A DNA stretch of 64,000 bases from Eledone cirrhosa (GCA_964016885.1 OZ024758.1:36518001-36582000); one strand, 5' to 3'; numbered from the stretch's first letter, positions 11,901 through 27,140 are shown. Translations and numbers: made by a program. The notes: a model not told the origin generated them from the sequence alone.

Positions 11901-14900
11901 AGCTGTCAGAAGGAACTCCACTGTTGCTGAGAATTCATTTAAGTTCATGGTATTAGCTGTCAGAAGTAACTCCACTGTTGGTGAGAATTCATTTAAGTTC
12001 ATGGTACTAGCTGTCAGAAGTAACTCCACTGTTGGTGAGAATTCATTTAAGTTCATGGTATTAGCTGTCAGAAGTCACTCCAATGTTGGTGAGAATTCAT
12101 TTAAGTTCATGGTATTAGCTGTCAGAAGTCACTCCACTGTTGGTGAGAATTCATTTAAGTTCATGGTACTAGCTGTCAGAAGTAACCCCAATGTTGGTGA
12201 GAATTCATTTAAGTCATGGTATTAGCTGTCAGAAGTAACTCCACTGTTGGTGAGAATTCATTTAAGTTCATGGTATTAGCTGTCAGAAGTAACTCCACTG
12301 TTGGTGAGAATTCATTTAAGTTCATGGTATTAGTTTGTCAGAAGTAACTCCACTGTTGGTGAGAATTCATTTAAGTCATGGTATTAGTTGTCAGAAGTAA
12401 CTCCAATGTTGGTGAGAATTCATTTAAGTTCATGGTACTAGCTGTCAGAAGTAACTCCACTGTTGGTGAGAATTCATTTAAGTTCATGGTAATAGCTGTC
12501 AGAAGTAACTCCACTGTTGGTGAGAATTCATTTAAGTCATGTTATTAGCTGTCAGAAGTAACTCCAATGTTGGTGAGAATTCATTTAAGTCATGGTACTA
12601 GCTGTCAGAAGTAACTCCAATGTTGGTGAGAATTCATTTAAGTTCATGGTATTAGCTGTAAGAAGTAACTCCACTGTTGGTGAGAATTCATTTAAGTTCA
12701 TGGTATTAGCTGTCAGAAGTAACTCCACTGTTGGTGAGAATTCATTTAAGTCATGGTATTAGCTGTCAGAAGTAACTCCACTGTTGGTGAGAATTCATTT
12801 AAGTTCATGGTATTAGCTGTCAGAAGGAACGCCACTGTTGGTGAGAATTCATTTAAGTTCATGGTATTAGCTGTCAGAAGTAACTCCACTGTTGGTGAGA
12901 ATTCATTTAATTTCATGGTATTAGCTGTCAGAAGTAACTCCACTGTTGGTGAGAATTCATTTAAGTTCATGGTACTAGCTGTCAGAAGTAACTCCAATGT
13001 TGGTGAGAATTCATTTAAGTTCATGGTATTAGCTGTCAGAAGTAACTCCACTGTTGGTGAGAATTCATTTAAGTCATGGTATTAGCTGTCAGAAGTAACT
13101 CCACTGTTGGTGAGAATTCATTTAAGTTCATGGTATTAGCTGTCAGAAGGAACTCCACTGTTGGTGAGAATTCATTTAAGTTCATGGTACTAGCTGTCAG
13201 AAGTAACTCCAATGTTGGTGAGAATTCATTTAAGTTCATGGTATTAACTGTCAGAAGTAACTCCACTGTTGGTGAGTATTCATTTAAGTCATGGTATTAG
13301 CTGTCAGAAGTAACTCCACTGTTGGTGAGAATTCATTTAAGTTCATGGTATTAGCTGTCAGAGGTAACTCCACTGTTGGTGAGAATTCATTTAAGTTCAT
13401 GGTATTAGCTGTCAGAAGTAACTCCACTGTTGGTGAGAATTCATTTACGTTCATGGTATTAGTTTGTCAGAAGTAACTCCACTGTTGGTGAGAATTCATT
13501 TAAGTCATGGTATTAGTTGTCAGAAGTAACTCCAATGTTGGTGAGAATTCATTTAAGTTCATGGTAATAGCTGTCAGAAGTAACTCCACTGTTGGTGAGA
13601 ATTCATTTAAGTCATGGTATTAGCTGTCAGAAGTAACTCCACTGTTGGTGAGAATTCATTTACGTTCATGGTACTAGCTGTCAGAAGTAACCCCAATGTT
13701 GGTGAGAATTCATTTAAGTTCATGGTATTAGCTGTCAGAAGTCACTCCACTGTTGGTGAGAATTCATTTAAGTTCATGGTATTAGCTGTCAGAAGTAACT
13801 CCACTGTTGGTAAGAATTCATTTAAGTTCATGGTATTAGCTGTCAGAAGTAACTCCACTGTTGGTGAGAATTCATTTAAGTTCATGGTATTAGCTGTCAG
13901 AAGGAACGCCACTGTTGGTGAGAATTCATTTAAGTTCATGGTATTAGCTGTCAGAAGTAACTCCACTGTTGGTGAGAATTCATTTAAGTTCATGGTACTA
14001 GCTGTCAGAAGTAACTCCAATGTTGGTGAGAATTCATTTAAGTTCATGGTATTAGCTGTCAGAAGGAACTCCACTGTTGCTGAGAATTCATTTAAGTTCA
14101 TGGTATTAGCTGTCAGAAGTAACTCCACTGTTGGTGAGAATTCATTTAAGTTCATGGTACTAGCTGTCAGAAGTAACTCCACTGTTGGTGAGAATTCATT
14201 TAAGTTCATGGTATTAGCTGTCAGAAGTAACTCCAATGTTGGTGAGAATTCATTTAAGTCATGGTACTAGCTGTCAGAAGTCACTCCACTGTTGGTGAGA
14301 ATTCATTTACGTTCATGGTACTAGCTGTCAGAAGTAACCCCAATGTTGGTGAGAATTCATTTAAGTTCATGGTATTAGCTGTCAGAAGTCACTCCACTGT
14401 TGGTGAGAATTCATTTAAGTTCATGGTATTAGCTGTCAGAAGTAACTCCACTGTTGGTAAGAATTCATTTAAGTTCATGGTATTAGCTGTCAGAAGTAAC
14501 TCCACTGTTGGTGAGAATTCATTTAAGTTCATGGTATTAGCTGTCAGAAGGAACGCCACTGTTGGTGAGAATTCATTTAAGTTCATGGTATTAGCTGTCA
14601 GAAGTAACTCCACTGTTGGTGAGAATTCATTTAAGTTCATGGTACTAGCTGTCAGAAGTAACTCCAATGTTGGTGAGAATTCATTTAAGTTCATGGTATT
14701 AGCTGTCAGAAGGAACTCCACTGTTGCTGAGAATTCATTTAAGTTCATGGTATTAGCTGTCAGAAGTAACTCCACTGTTGGTGAGAATTCATTTAAGTTC
14801 ATGGTACTAGCTGTCAGAAGTAACTCCACTGTTGGTGAGAATTCATTTAAGTTCATGGTATTAGCTGTCAGAAGTCACTCCAATGTTGGTGAGAATTCAT

Positions 14901-17900
14901 TTAAGTTCATGGTATTAGTTTGTCAGAAGTAACTCCACTGTTGGTGAGAATTCATTTAAGTCATGGTATTAGTTGTCAGAAGTAACTCCAATGTTGGTGA
15001 GAATTCATTTAAGTTCATGGTATTAGCTGTCAGAAGTAACTCCACTGTTGGTGAGAATTCATTTAAGTTCATGGTATTAGCTGTCAGAAGGAACTCCACT
15101 GTTGGTGAGAATTCATTTAAGTTCATGGTATTAGTTTGTCAGAAGTAACTCCACTGTTGGTGAGAATTCATTTAAGTTCATGGTATTAGCTGTCAGAAGT
15201 AACTCCACTGTTGGTGAGAATTCATTTAAGTTCATGGTACTAGCTGTCAGAAGTAACTCCACTGTTGGTGAGAATTCATTTAAGTTCATGGTATTAGTTT
15301 GTCAGAAGTTACTCCACTGTTGGTGAGAATTCATTTAAGTCATGGTATTAGTTGTCAGAAGTAACTCCAATGTTGGTGAGAATTCATTTAAGTTCATGGT
15401 ATTAGCTGTCAGAAGGAACTCCACTGTTGGTGAGAATTCATTTAAGTTCATGGTATTAGCTGTCAGAAGGAACTCCAATGTTGGTGAGAATTCATTTAAG
15501 TCATGGTACTAGCTGTCAGAAGTAACTCCAATGTTGGTGAGAATTCATTTAAGTTCATGGTATTAGCTGTCAGAAGGAACTCCACTGTTGGTGAGAATTC
15601 ATTTAAGTTCATGGTACTAGCTGTCAGAAGTAACTCCAATGTTGGTGAGAATTCATTTAAGTTCATGGTATTAGCTGCCAGAAGTAACTCCACTGTTGGT
15701 GAGTATTCATTTACGTTCATGGTATTAGTTTGTCAGAAGTAACTCCACTGTTGGTGAGAATTCATTTAAGTCATGGTATTAGTTGTCAGAAGTAACTCCA
15801 CTGTTGGTGAGAATTCATTTAAGTTCATGGTACTAGCTGTCAGAAGTAACTCCACTGTTGGTGAGAATTCATTTAAGTTCATGGTATTAGTTTGTCAGAA
15901 GTTACTCCACTGTTGGTGAGAATTCATTTAATTTCATGGTATTAGCTGTCAGAAGTAACTCCACTGTTGGTGAGAATTCATTTAAGTTCATGGTACTAGC
16001 TGTCAGAAGTAACTCCAATGTTGGTGAGAATTCATTTAAGTTCATGGTATTAGCTGTCAGAAGTAACTCCACTGTTGGTGAGAATTCATTTAAGTCATGG
16101 TATTAGCTGTCAGAAGTAACTCCACTGTTGGTGAGAATTCATTTAAGTTCATGGTATTAGCTGTCAGAAGGAACTCCACTGTTGGTGAGAATTCATTTAA
16201 GTTCATGGTACTAGCTGTCAGAAGTAACTCCAATGTTGGTGAGAATTCATTTAAGTTCATGGTATTAGCTGTCAGAAGTAACTCCACTGTTGGTGAGTAT
16301 TCATTTAAGTCATGGTATTAGCTGTCAGAAGTAACTCCACTGTTGGTGAGAATTCATTTAAGTTCATGGTATTAGCTGTCAGAGGTAACTCCACTGTTGG
16401 TGAGAATTCATTTAAGTTCATGGTATTAGCTGTCAGAAGTAACTCCACTGTTGGTGAGAATTCATTTACGTTCATGGTATTAGTTTGTCAGAAGTAACTC
16501 CACTGTTGGTGAGAATTCATTTAAGTCATGGTATTAGTTGTCAGAAGTAACTCCAATGTTGGTGAGAATTCATTTAAGTTCATGGTAATAGCTGTCAGAA
16601 GTAACTCCACTGTTGGTGAGAATTCATTTAAGTCATGGTATTAGCTGTCAGAAGTAACTCCAATGTTGGTGAGAATTCATTTAAGTCATGGTACTAGCTG
16701 TCAGAAGTCACTCCACTGTTGGTGAGAATTCATTTACGTTCATGGTACTAGCTGTCAGAAGTAACCCCAATGTTGGTGAGAATTCATTTAAGTTCATGGT
16801 ATTAGCTGTCAGAAGTCACTCCACTGTTGGTGAGAATTCATTTAAGTTCATGGTATTAGCTGTCAGAAGTAACTCCACTGTTGGTAAGAATTCATTTAAG
16901 TTCATGGTATTAGCTGTCAGAAGTAACTCCACTGTTGGTGAGAATTCATTTAAGTTCATGGTATTAGCTGTCAGAAGGAACGCCACTGTTGGTGAGAATT
17001 CATTTAAGTTCATGGTATTAGCTGTCAGAAGTAACTCCACTGTTGGTGAGAATTCATTTAAGTTCATGGTACTAGCTGTCAGAAGTAACTCCAATGTTGG
17101 TGAGAATTCATTTAAGTTCATGGTATTAGCTGTCAGAAGGAACTCCACTGTTGCTGAGAATTCATTTAAGTTCATGGTATTAGCTGTCAGAAGTAACTCC
17201 ACTGTTGGTGAGAATTCATTTAAGTTCATGGTACTAGCTGTCAGAAGTAACTCCACTGTTGGTGAGAATTCATTTAAGTTCATGGTATTAGCTGTCAGAA
17301 GTCACTCCAATGTTGGTGAGAATTCATTTAAGTTCATGGTATTAGCTGTCAGAAGTAACTCCACTGTTGGTGAGAATTCATTTAAGTTCATGGTATTAGT
17401 TTGTCAGAAGTAACTCCACTGTTGGTGAGAATTCATTTAAGTCATGGTATTAGTTGTCAGAAGTAACTCCAATGTTGGTGAGAATTCATTTAAGTTCATG
17501 GTACTAGCTGTCAGAAGTAACTCCACTGTTGGTGAGAATTCATTTAAGTTCATGGTAATAGCTGTCAGAAGTAACTCCACTGTTGGTGAGAATTCATTTA
17601 AGTCATGTTATTAGCTGTCAGAAGTAACTCCAATGTTGGTGAGAATTCATTTAAGTCATGGTACTAGCTGTCAGAAGTAACTCCAATGTTGGTGAGAATT
17701 CATTTAAGTTCATGGTATTAGCTGTCAGAAGTAACTCCACTGTTGGTGAGAATTCATTTAAGTTCATGGTATTAGCTGTCAGAAGTAACTCCACTGTTGG
17801 TGAGAATTCATTTAAGTCATGGTATTAGCTGTCAGAAGTAACTCCACTGTTGGTGAGAATTCATTTAAGTTCATGGTATTAGCTGTCAGAAGGAACGCCA

Positions 17901-20900
17901 CTGTTGGTGAGAATTCATTTAAGTTCATGGTATTAGCTGTCAGAAGTAACTCCACTGTTGGTGAGAATTCATTTAAGTTCATGGTATTAGCTGTCAGAAG
18001 TAACTCCACTGTTGGTGAGAATTCATTTAAGTTCATAGTACTAGCTGTCAGAAGTAACTCCACTGTTGGTGAGAATTCATTTAAGTTCATGGTATTAGCT
18101 GTCAGAAGTCACTCCAATGTTGGTGAGAATTCATTTAAGTTCATGGTATTAGCTGTCAGAAGTCACTCCACTGTTGGTGAGAATTCATTTAAGTTCATGG
18201 TACTAGCTGTCAGAAGTAACCCCAATGTTGGTGAGAATTCATTTAAGTTCATGGTATTAGCTGTCAGAAGTCACTCCAATGTTGGTGAGAATTCATTTAA
18301 GTTCATGGTATTAGCTGTCAGAAGTAACTCCACTGTTGGTGAGAATTCATTTAAGTTCATGGTATTAGCTGTCAGAAGGAACTCCACTGTTGGTGAGAAT
18401 TCATTTAAGTTCATGGTACTAGCTGTCAGAAGTAACTCCACTGTTGGTGAGAATTCATTTAAGTTCATGGTATTAGTTTGTCAGAAGTAACTCCACTGTT
18501 GGTGAGAATTCATTTAAGTTCATGGTATTAGCTGTCAGAAGTAACTCCACTGTTGGTGAGAATTCATTTAAGTTCATGGTACTAGCTGTCAGAAGTAACT
18601 CCACTGTTGGTGAGAATTCATTTAAGTTCATGGTATTAGTTTGTCAGAAGTTACTCCACTGTTGGTGAGAATTCATTTAAGTCATGGTATTAGTTGTCAG
18701 AAGTAACTCCAATGTTGGTGAGAATTCATTTAAGTTCATGGTATTAGCTGTCAGAAGGAACTCCACTGTTGGTGAGAATTCATTTAAGTTCATGGTATTA
18801 GCTGTCAGAAGGAACTCCAATGTTGGTGAGAATTCATTTAAGTCATGGTACTAGCTGTCAGAAGTAACTCCAATGTTGGTGAGAATTCATTTAAGTTCAT
18901 GGTATCAGCTGTCAGAAGGAACTCCACTGTTGGTGAGAATTCATTTAAGTTCATGGTACTAGCTGTCAGAAGTAACTCCAATGTTGGTGAGAATTCATTT
19001 AAGTTCATGGTATTAGCTGCCAGAAGTAACTCCACTGTTGGTGAGTATTCATTTACGTTCATGGTATTAGTTTGTCAGAAGTAACTCCACTGTTGGTGAG
19101 AATTCATTTAAGTCATGGTATTAGTTGTCAGAAGTAACTCCAATGTTGGTGAGAATTCATTTAAGTTCATGGTAATAGCTGTCAGAAGTAACTCCACTGT
19201 TGGTGAGAATTCATTTAAGTCATGGTATTAGCTGTCAGAAGTAACTCCAATGTTGGTGAGAATTCATTTAAGTCATGGTACTAGCTGTCAGAAGTCACTC
19301 CACTGTTGGTGAGAATTCATTTAAGTTCATGGTACTAGCTGTCAGAAGTAACCCCAATGTTGGTGAGAATTCATTTAAGTTCATGGTATTAGCTGTCAGA
19401 AGTCACTCCAATGTTGGTGAGAATTCATTTAAGTTCATGGTATTAGCTGTCAGAAGTAACTCCACTGTTGGTAAGAATTCATTTAAGTTCATGGTATTAG
19501 CTGTCAGAAGTAACTCCACTGTTGGTGAGAATTCATTTAAGTTCATGGTATTAGCTGTCAGAAGGAACGCCACTGTTGGTGAGAATTCATTTAAGTTCAT
19601 GGTATTAGCTGTCAGAAGTAACTCCACTGTTGGTGAGAATTCATTTAAGTTCATGGTACTAGCTGTCAGAAGTAACTCCAATGTTGGTGAGAATTCATTT
19701 AAGTTCATGGTATTAGCTGTCAGAAGGAACTCCACTGTTGGTGAGAATTCATTTAAGTTCATGGTATTAGCTGTCAGAAGGAACTCCAATGTTGGTGAGA
19801 ATTCATTTAAGTCATGGTACTAGCTGTCAGAAGTAACTCCAATGTTGGTGAGAATTCATTTAAGTTCATGGTATTAGCTGTCAGAAGGAACTCCACTGTT
19901 GGTGAGAATTCATTTAAGTTCATGGTACTAGCTGTCAGAAGTAACTCCAATGTTGGTGAGAATTCATTTAAGTTCATGGTATTAGCTGCCAGAAGTAACT
20001 CCACTGTTGGTGAGTATTCATTTACGTTCATGGTATTAGTTTGTCAGAAGTAACTCCACTGTTGGTGAGAATTCATTTAAGTCATGGTATTAGTTGTCAG
20101 AAGTAACTCCAATGTTGGTGAGAATTCATTTAAGTTCATGGTAATAGCTGTCAGAAGTAACTCCACTGTTGGTGAGAATTCATTTAAGTCATGGTATTAG
20201 CTGTCAGAAGTAACTCCAATGTTGGTGAGAATTCATTTAAGTCATGGTACTAGCTGTCAGAAGTCACTCCACTGTTGGTGAGAATTCATTTAAGTTCATG
20301 GTACTAGCTGTCAGAAGTAACCCCAATGTTGGTGAGAATTCATTTAAGTTCATGGTATTAGCTGTCAGAAGTCACTCCAATGTTGGTGAGAATTCATTTA
20401 AGTTCATGGTATTAGCTGTCAGAAGTAACTCCACTGTTGGTAAGAATTCATTTAAGTTCATGGTATTAGCTGTCAGAAGTAACTCCACTGTTGGTGAGAA
20501 TTCATTTAAGTTCATGGTATTAGCTGTCAGAAGGAACGCCACTGTTGGTGAGAATTCATTTAAGTTCATGGTATTAGCTGTCAGAAGTAACTCCACTGTT
20601 GGTGAGAATTCATTTAAGTTCATGGTACTAGCTGTCAGAAGTAACTCCAATGTTGGTGAGAATTCATTTAAGTTCATGGTATTAGCTGTCAGAAGGAACT
20701 CCACTGTTGCTGAGAATTCATTTAAGTTCATGGTATTAGCTGTCAGAAGTAACTCCACTGTTGGTGAGAATTCATTTAAGTTCATGGTACTAGCTGTCAG
20801 AAGTAACTCCACTGTTGGTGAGAATTCATTTAAGTTCATGGTATTAGCTGTCAGAAGTCACTCCAATGTTGGTGAGAATTCATTTAAGTTCATGGTATTA

Positions 20901-23900
20901 GCTGTCAGAAGTCACTCCACTGTTGGTGAGAATTCATTTAAGTTCATGGTACTAGCTGTCAGAAGTAACCCCAATGTTGGTGAGAATTCATTTAAGTCAT
21001 GGTATTAGCTGTCAGAAGTAACTCCACTGTTGGTGAGAATTCATTTAAGTTCATGGTATTAGCTGTCAGAAGTAACTCCACTGTTGGTGAGAATTCATTT
21101 AAGTTCATGGTATTAGTTTGTCAGAAGTAACTCCACTGTTGGTGAGAATTCATTTAAGTCATGGTATTAGTTGTCAGAAGTAACTCCAATGTTGGTGAGA
21201 ATTCATTTAAGTTCATGGTACTAGCTGTCAGAAGTAACTCCACTGTTGGTGAGAATTCATTTAAGTTCATGGTAATAGCTGTCAGAAGTAACTCCACTGT
21301 TGGTGAGAATTCATTTAAGTCATGTTATTAGCTGTCAGAAGTAACTCCAATGTTGGTGAGAATTCATTTAAGTCATGGTACTAGCTGTCAGAAGTAACTC
21401 CAATGTTGGTGAGAATTCATTTAAGTTCATGGTATTAGCTGTAAGAAGTAACTCCACTGTTGGTGAGAATTCATTTAAGTTCATGGTATTAGCTGTCAGA
21501 AGTAACTCCACTGTTGGTGAGAATTCATTTAAGTCATGGTATTAGCTGTCAGAAGTAACTCCACTGTTGGTGAGAATTCATTTAAGTTCATGGTATTAGC
21601 TGTCAGAAGGAACGCCACTGTTGGTGAGAATTCATTTAAGTTCATGGTATTAGCTGTCAGAAGTAACTCCACTGTTGGTGAGAATTCATTTAATTTCATG
21701 GTATTAGCTGTCAGAAGTAACTCCACTGTTGGTGAGAATTCATTTAAGTTCATGGTACTAGCTGTCAGAAGTAACTCCAATGTTGGTGAGAATTCATTTA
21801 AGTTCATGGTATTAGCTGTCAGAAGTAACTCCACTGTTGGTGAGAATTCATTTAAGTCATGGTATTAGCTGTCAGAAGTAACTCCACTGTTGGTGAGAAT
21901 TCATTTAAGTTCATGGTATTAGCTGTCAGAAGGAACTCCACTGTTGGTGAGAATTCATTTAAGTTCATGGTACTAGCTGTCAGAAGTAACTCCAATGTTG
22001 GTGAGAATTCATTTAAGTTCATGGTATTAGCTGTCAGAAGTAACTCCACTGTTGGTGAGTATTCATTTAAGTCATGGTATTAGCTGTCAGAAGTAACTCC
22101 ACTGTTGGTGAGAATTCATTTAAGTTCATGGTATTAGCTGTCAGAGGTAACTCCACTGTTGGTGAGAATTCATTTAAGTTCATGGTATTAGCTGTCAGAA
22201 GTAACTCCACTGTTGGTGAGAATTCATTTACGTTCATGGTATTAGTTTGTCAGAAGTAACTCCACTGTTGGTGAGAATTCATTTAAGTCATGGTATTAGT
22301 TGTCAGAAGTAACTCCAATGTTGGTGAGAATTCATTTAAGTTCATGGTAATAGCTGTCAGAAGTAACTCCACTGTTGGTGAGAATTCATTTAAGTCATGG
22401 TATTAGCTGTCAGAAGTAACTCCAATGTTGGTGAGAATTCATTTAAGTCATGGTACTAGCTGTCAGAAGTCACTCCACTGTTGGTGAGAATTCATTTACG
22501 TTCATGGTACTAGCTGTCAGAAGTAACCCCAATGTTGGTGAGAATTCATTTAAGTTCATGGTATTAGCTGTCAGAAGTCACTCCACTGTTGGTGAGAATT
22601 CATTTAAGTTCATGGTATTAGCTGTCAGAAGTAACTCCAATGTTGGTAAGAATTCATTTAAGTTCATGGTATTAGCTGTCAGAAGTAACTCCACTGTTGG
22701 TGAGAATTCATTTAAGTTCATGGTATTAGCTGTCAGAAGTAACTCCACTGTTGGTGAGAATTCATTTAAGTTCATGGTACTAGCTGTCAGAAGTAACTCC
22801 ACTGTTGGTGAGAATTCATTTAAGTTCATGGTATTAGCTGTCAGAAGTCACTCCAATGTTGGTGAGAATTCATTTAAGTTCATGGTATTAGCTGTCAGAA
22901 GTAACTCCACTGTTGGTGAGAATTCATTTAAGTTCATGGTATTAGTTTGTCAGAAGTAACTCCACTGTTGGTGAGAATTCATTTAAGTCATGGTATTAGT
23001 TGTCAGAAGTAACTCCAATGTTGGTGAGAATTCATTTAAGTTCATGGTACTAGCTGTCAGAAGTAACTCCACTGTTGGTGAGAATTCATTTAAGTTCATG
23101 GTAATAGCTGTCAGAAGTAACTCCACTGTTGGTGAGAATTCATTTAAGTCATGTTATTAGCTGTCAGAAGTAACTCCAATGTTGGTGAGAATTCATTTAA
23201 GTCATGGTACTAGCTGTCAGAAGTAACTCCAATGTTGGTGAGAATTCATTTAAGTTCATGGTATTAGCTGTCAGAAGTAACTCCACTGTTGGTGAGAATT
23301 CATTTAAGTTCATGGTATTAGCTGTCAGAAGTAACTCCACTGTTGGTGAGAATTCATTTAAGTCATGGTATTAGCTGTCAGAAGTAACTCCACTGTTGGT
23401 GAGAATTCATTTAAGTTCATGGTATTAGCTGTCAGAAGGAACGCCACTGTTGGTGAGAATTCATTTAAGTTCATGGTATTAGCTGTCAGAAGTAACTCCA
23501 CTGTTGGTGAGAATTCATTTAAGTTCATGGTACTAGCTGTCAGAAGTAACTCCACTGTTGGTGAGAATTCATTTAAGTTCATGGTATTAGCTGTCAGAAG
23601 TCACTCCAATGTTGGTGAGAATTCATTTAAGTTCATGGTATTAGCTGTCAGAAGTCACTCCACTGTTGGTGAGAATTCATTTAAGTTCATGGTACTAGCT
23701 GTCAGAAGTAACCCCAATGTTGGTGAGAATTCATTTAAGTTCATGGTATTAGCTGTCAGAAGTCACTCCAATGTTGGTGAGAATTCATTTAAGTTCATGG
23801 TATTAGCTGTCAGAAGTAACTCCACTGTTGGTGAGAATTCATTTAAGTTCATGGTATTAGCTGTCAGAAGGAACTCCACTGTTGGTGAGAATTCATTTAA

Positions 23901-25358
23901 GTTCATGGTACTAGCTGTCAGAAGTAACTCCACTGTTGGTGAGAATTCATTTAAGTTCATGGTATTAGTTTGTCAGAAGTAACTCCACTGTTGGTGAGAA
24001 TTCATTTAAGTTCATGGTATTAGCTGTCAGAAGTAACTCCACTGTTGGTGAGAATTCATTTAAGTTCATGGTACTAGCTGTCAGAAGTAACTCCACTGTT
24101 GGTGAGAATTCATTTAAGTTCATGGTATTAGTTTGTCAGAAGTTACTCCACTGTTGGTGAGAATTCATTTAAGTCATGGTATTAGTTGTCAGAAGTAACT
24201 CCAATGTTGGTGAGAATTCATTTAAGTTCATGGTATTAGCTGTCAGAAGGAACTCCACTGTTGGTGAGAATTCATTTAAGTTCATGGTATTAGCTGTCAG
24301 AAGGAACTCCAATGTTGGTGAGAATTCATTTAAGTCATGGTACTAGCTGTCAGAAGTAACTCCACTGTTGGTGAGAATTCATTTAAGTTCATGGTATTAG
24401 CTGTCAGAAGGAACTCCACTGTTGGTGAGAATTCATTTAAGTTCATGGTATTAGCTGTCAGAAGGAACGCCACTGTTGGTGAGAATTCATTTAAGTTCAT
24501 GGTATTAGCTGTCAGAAGTAACTCCACTGTTGGTGAGAATTCATTTAAGTTCATGGTACTAGCTGTCAGAAGTAACTCCAATGTTGGTGAGAATTCATTT
24601 AAGTTCATGGTATTAGCTGTCAGAAGTAACTCCACTGTTGGTGAGAATTCATTTAAGTCATGGTATTAGCTGTCAGAAGTAACTCCACTGTTGGTGAGAA
24701 TTCATTTAAGTTTATGGTATTAGCTGTCAGAAGGAACTCCACTGTTGGTGAGAATTCATTTAAGTTCATGGTACTAGCTGTCAGAAGTAACTCCAATGTT
24801 GGTGAGAATTCATTTAAGTTCATGGTATTAGCTGCCAGAAGTAACTCCACTGTTGGTGAGTATTCATTTAAGTCATGGTATTAGCTGTCAGAAGTAACTC
24901 CACTGTTGGTGAGAATTCATTTAAGTTCATGGTATTAGCTGTCAGAAGTAACTCCACTGTTGGTGAGAATTCATTTAAGTTCATGGTATTAGCTGTCAGA
25001 AGTAACTCCACTGTTGGTGAGAATTCATTTACGTTCATGGTATTAGCTGTCAGAAGGAACGCCACTGTTGGTGAGAATTCATTTAAGTTCATGGTATTAG
25101 CTGTCAGAAGTAACTCCACTGTTGGTGAGAATTCATTTAAGTTCATGGTACTAGCTGTCAGAAGTAACTCCAATGTTGGTGAGAATTCATTTAAGTTCAT
25201 GGTATTAGCTGTCAGAAGGAACTCCACTGTTGGTGAGAATTCATTTAAGTTCATGGTATTAGCTGTCAGAAGTAACTCCACTGTTGGTGAGAATTCATTT
25301 AAGTCATGGTATTAGCTGTCAGAAGTAACTCCATTGTTGGTGAGAATTCATTTAAGTC

Positions 25359-26110
25359 ATGGTACTAGCTGTCAGAAGTAACTCCAATGTTGGTGAGAAT
25401 TCATTTAAATTCATGTTATTAGCTGTCAGAAGGAACTCCACTGTTGGTGAGAATTCATTTAAGTTCATGGTATTAGCTGTCAGAAGTAACTCTACTGTTG
25501 GTGAGAATTCATTTAAGTTCATGGTATTAGCTGTCAGAAGTAACTCCACCGTTGGTGAGAATTCATTTAAGTTCATGGTACTAGCTGTCAGAAGTAACTC
25601 CAATGTTGGTGAGAATTCATTTAAGTTCATGGTATTAGCTGTCAGAAGTAACTCCACTGTTGGTGAGAATTCATTTAAGTCATGGTATTAGCTGTCAGAA
25701 GTAACTCCATTGTTGGTGAGAATTCATTTAAGTCATGGTACTAGCTGTCAGAAGTAACTCCAATGTTGGTGAGAATTCATTTAAGTCATGGTACTAGCTG
25801 TCAGAAGTAACTCCAATGTTGGTGAGAATTCATTTAAGTTCATGTTATTAGCTGTCAGAAGGAACTCCACTGTTGGTGAGAATTCTTTTAAGTTCATGGT
25901 ATTAGCTGTCAGAAGTAACTCCACTGTTGGTGAGAATTCATTTAAGTTCATGGTATTAGCTGTCAGAAGTAACTCCACCGTTGGTGAGAATTCATTTAAG
26001 TTCATGGTACTAGCTGTCAGAAGTAACTCCAATGTTGGTGAGAATTCATTTAAGTTCATGGTATTAGCTGTCAGAAGTAACTCCACTGTTGGTGAGAATT
26101 CATTTAAGTC
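25359..26110. repeat. 429-bp (8-monomer) local tandem duplication
   Basis: Blocks at 25359 and 25788 share CATGTTATTAG followed by AGGAAC, and the CACCGTT variant. Confidence 0.8.
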
Positions 26111-26169
26111 ATGGTATTAGCTGTCAGAAGTAACTCCACTGTTGGTGAGAATTCATTTAAGTTCATGGT

Positions 26170-27140
26170 ATTAGCTGTCAGAAGTAACTCCACTGTTGGT
26201 GAGAATTCATTTAAGTTCATGGTACTAGCTGTCAGAAGTAACTACAATGTTGGTGAGAATTCATTTCAGTTCATGGTATTAGCTGTCAGAAGTAACTCCA
26301 CTGTTGGTGAGAATTCATTTAAGTCATGGTATTAGCTGTCAGAAGTAACTCCACTGTTGGTGAGAATTCATTTAAGTTCATGGTATTAGCTGTCAGAAGT
26401 AACTCCACTGTTGGTGAGAATTCATTTAAGTTCATGGTATTAGCTGTCAGAAGTCACTCCAGTGTTGGTGAGAATTCATTTAAGTTCATGGTATTAGCTG
26501 TCAGAAGTAACTCCACTGTTGGTGAGAATTCATTTAAGTTCATGGTATTAGCTGTCAGAAGTAACTCCACTGTTGGTGAGAATTCATTTACGTTCATGGT
26601 ATTAGTTTGTCAGAAGTAACTCCACTGTTGGTGAGAATTCATTTAAGTCATGGTATTAGTTGTCAGAAGTAACTCCACTGTTGGTGAGAATTCATTTAAG
26701 TTCATGGTACTAGCTGTCAGAAGTAACTCCAATGTTGGTGAGAATTCATTTCAGTTCATGGTATTAGCTGTCAGAAGTAACTCCACTGTTGGTGAGAATT
26801 CATTTAAGTCATGGTATTAGCTGTCAGAAGTAACTCCACTGTTGGTGAGAATTCATTTAAGTTCATGGTATTAGCTGTCAGAAGTAACTCCACTGTTGGT
26901 GAGAATTCATTTAAGTTCATGGTATTAGCTGTCAGAAGTCACTCCAGTGTTGGTGAGAATTCATTTAAGTTCATGGTATTAGCTGTCAGAAGTAACTCCA
27001 CTGTTGGTGAGAATTCATTTAAGTTCATGGTATTAGCTGTCAGAAGTAACTCCACTGTTGGTGAGAATTCATTTACGTTCATGGTATTAGTTTGTCAGAA
27101 GTAACTCCACTGTTGGTGAGAATTCATTTAAGTCATGGTA
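26170..27140. repeat. 485-bp (9-monomer) local tandem duplication
   Basis: TTTCAGTTC occurs at ~26266 and ~26751, and CACTCCAGTG at ~26461 and ~26946. ORF blocks 26326 and 26811 are identical. Confidence 0.88.

Larger units (their letters stand above)
1..22600. repeat. Left-domain higher-order repeat: copy A ~1-11585, copy B ~11586-20368 (8783 bp), partial copy C from ~20369
   Basis: The rare variant GCTGTAAGAAG occurs at 1075, 12660 and 21443 (spacings 11585 and 8783). ORF-track blocks recur at the same offsets (1168/12753/21536; 1491/13076/21859; 1706/13291/22074). Confidence 0.9.
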
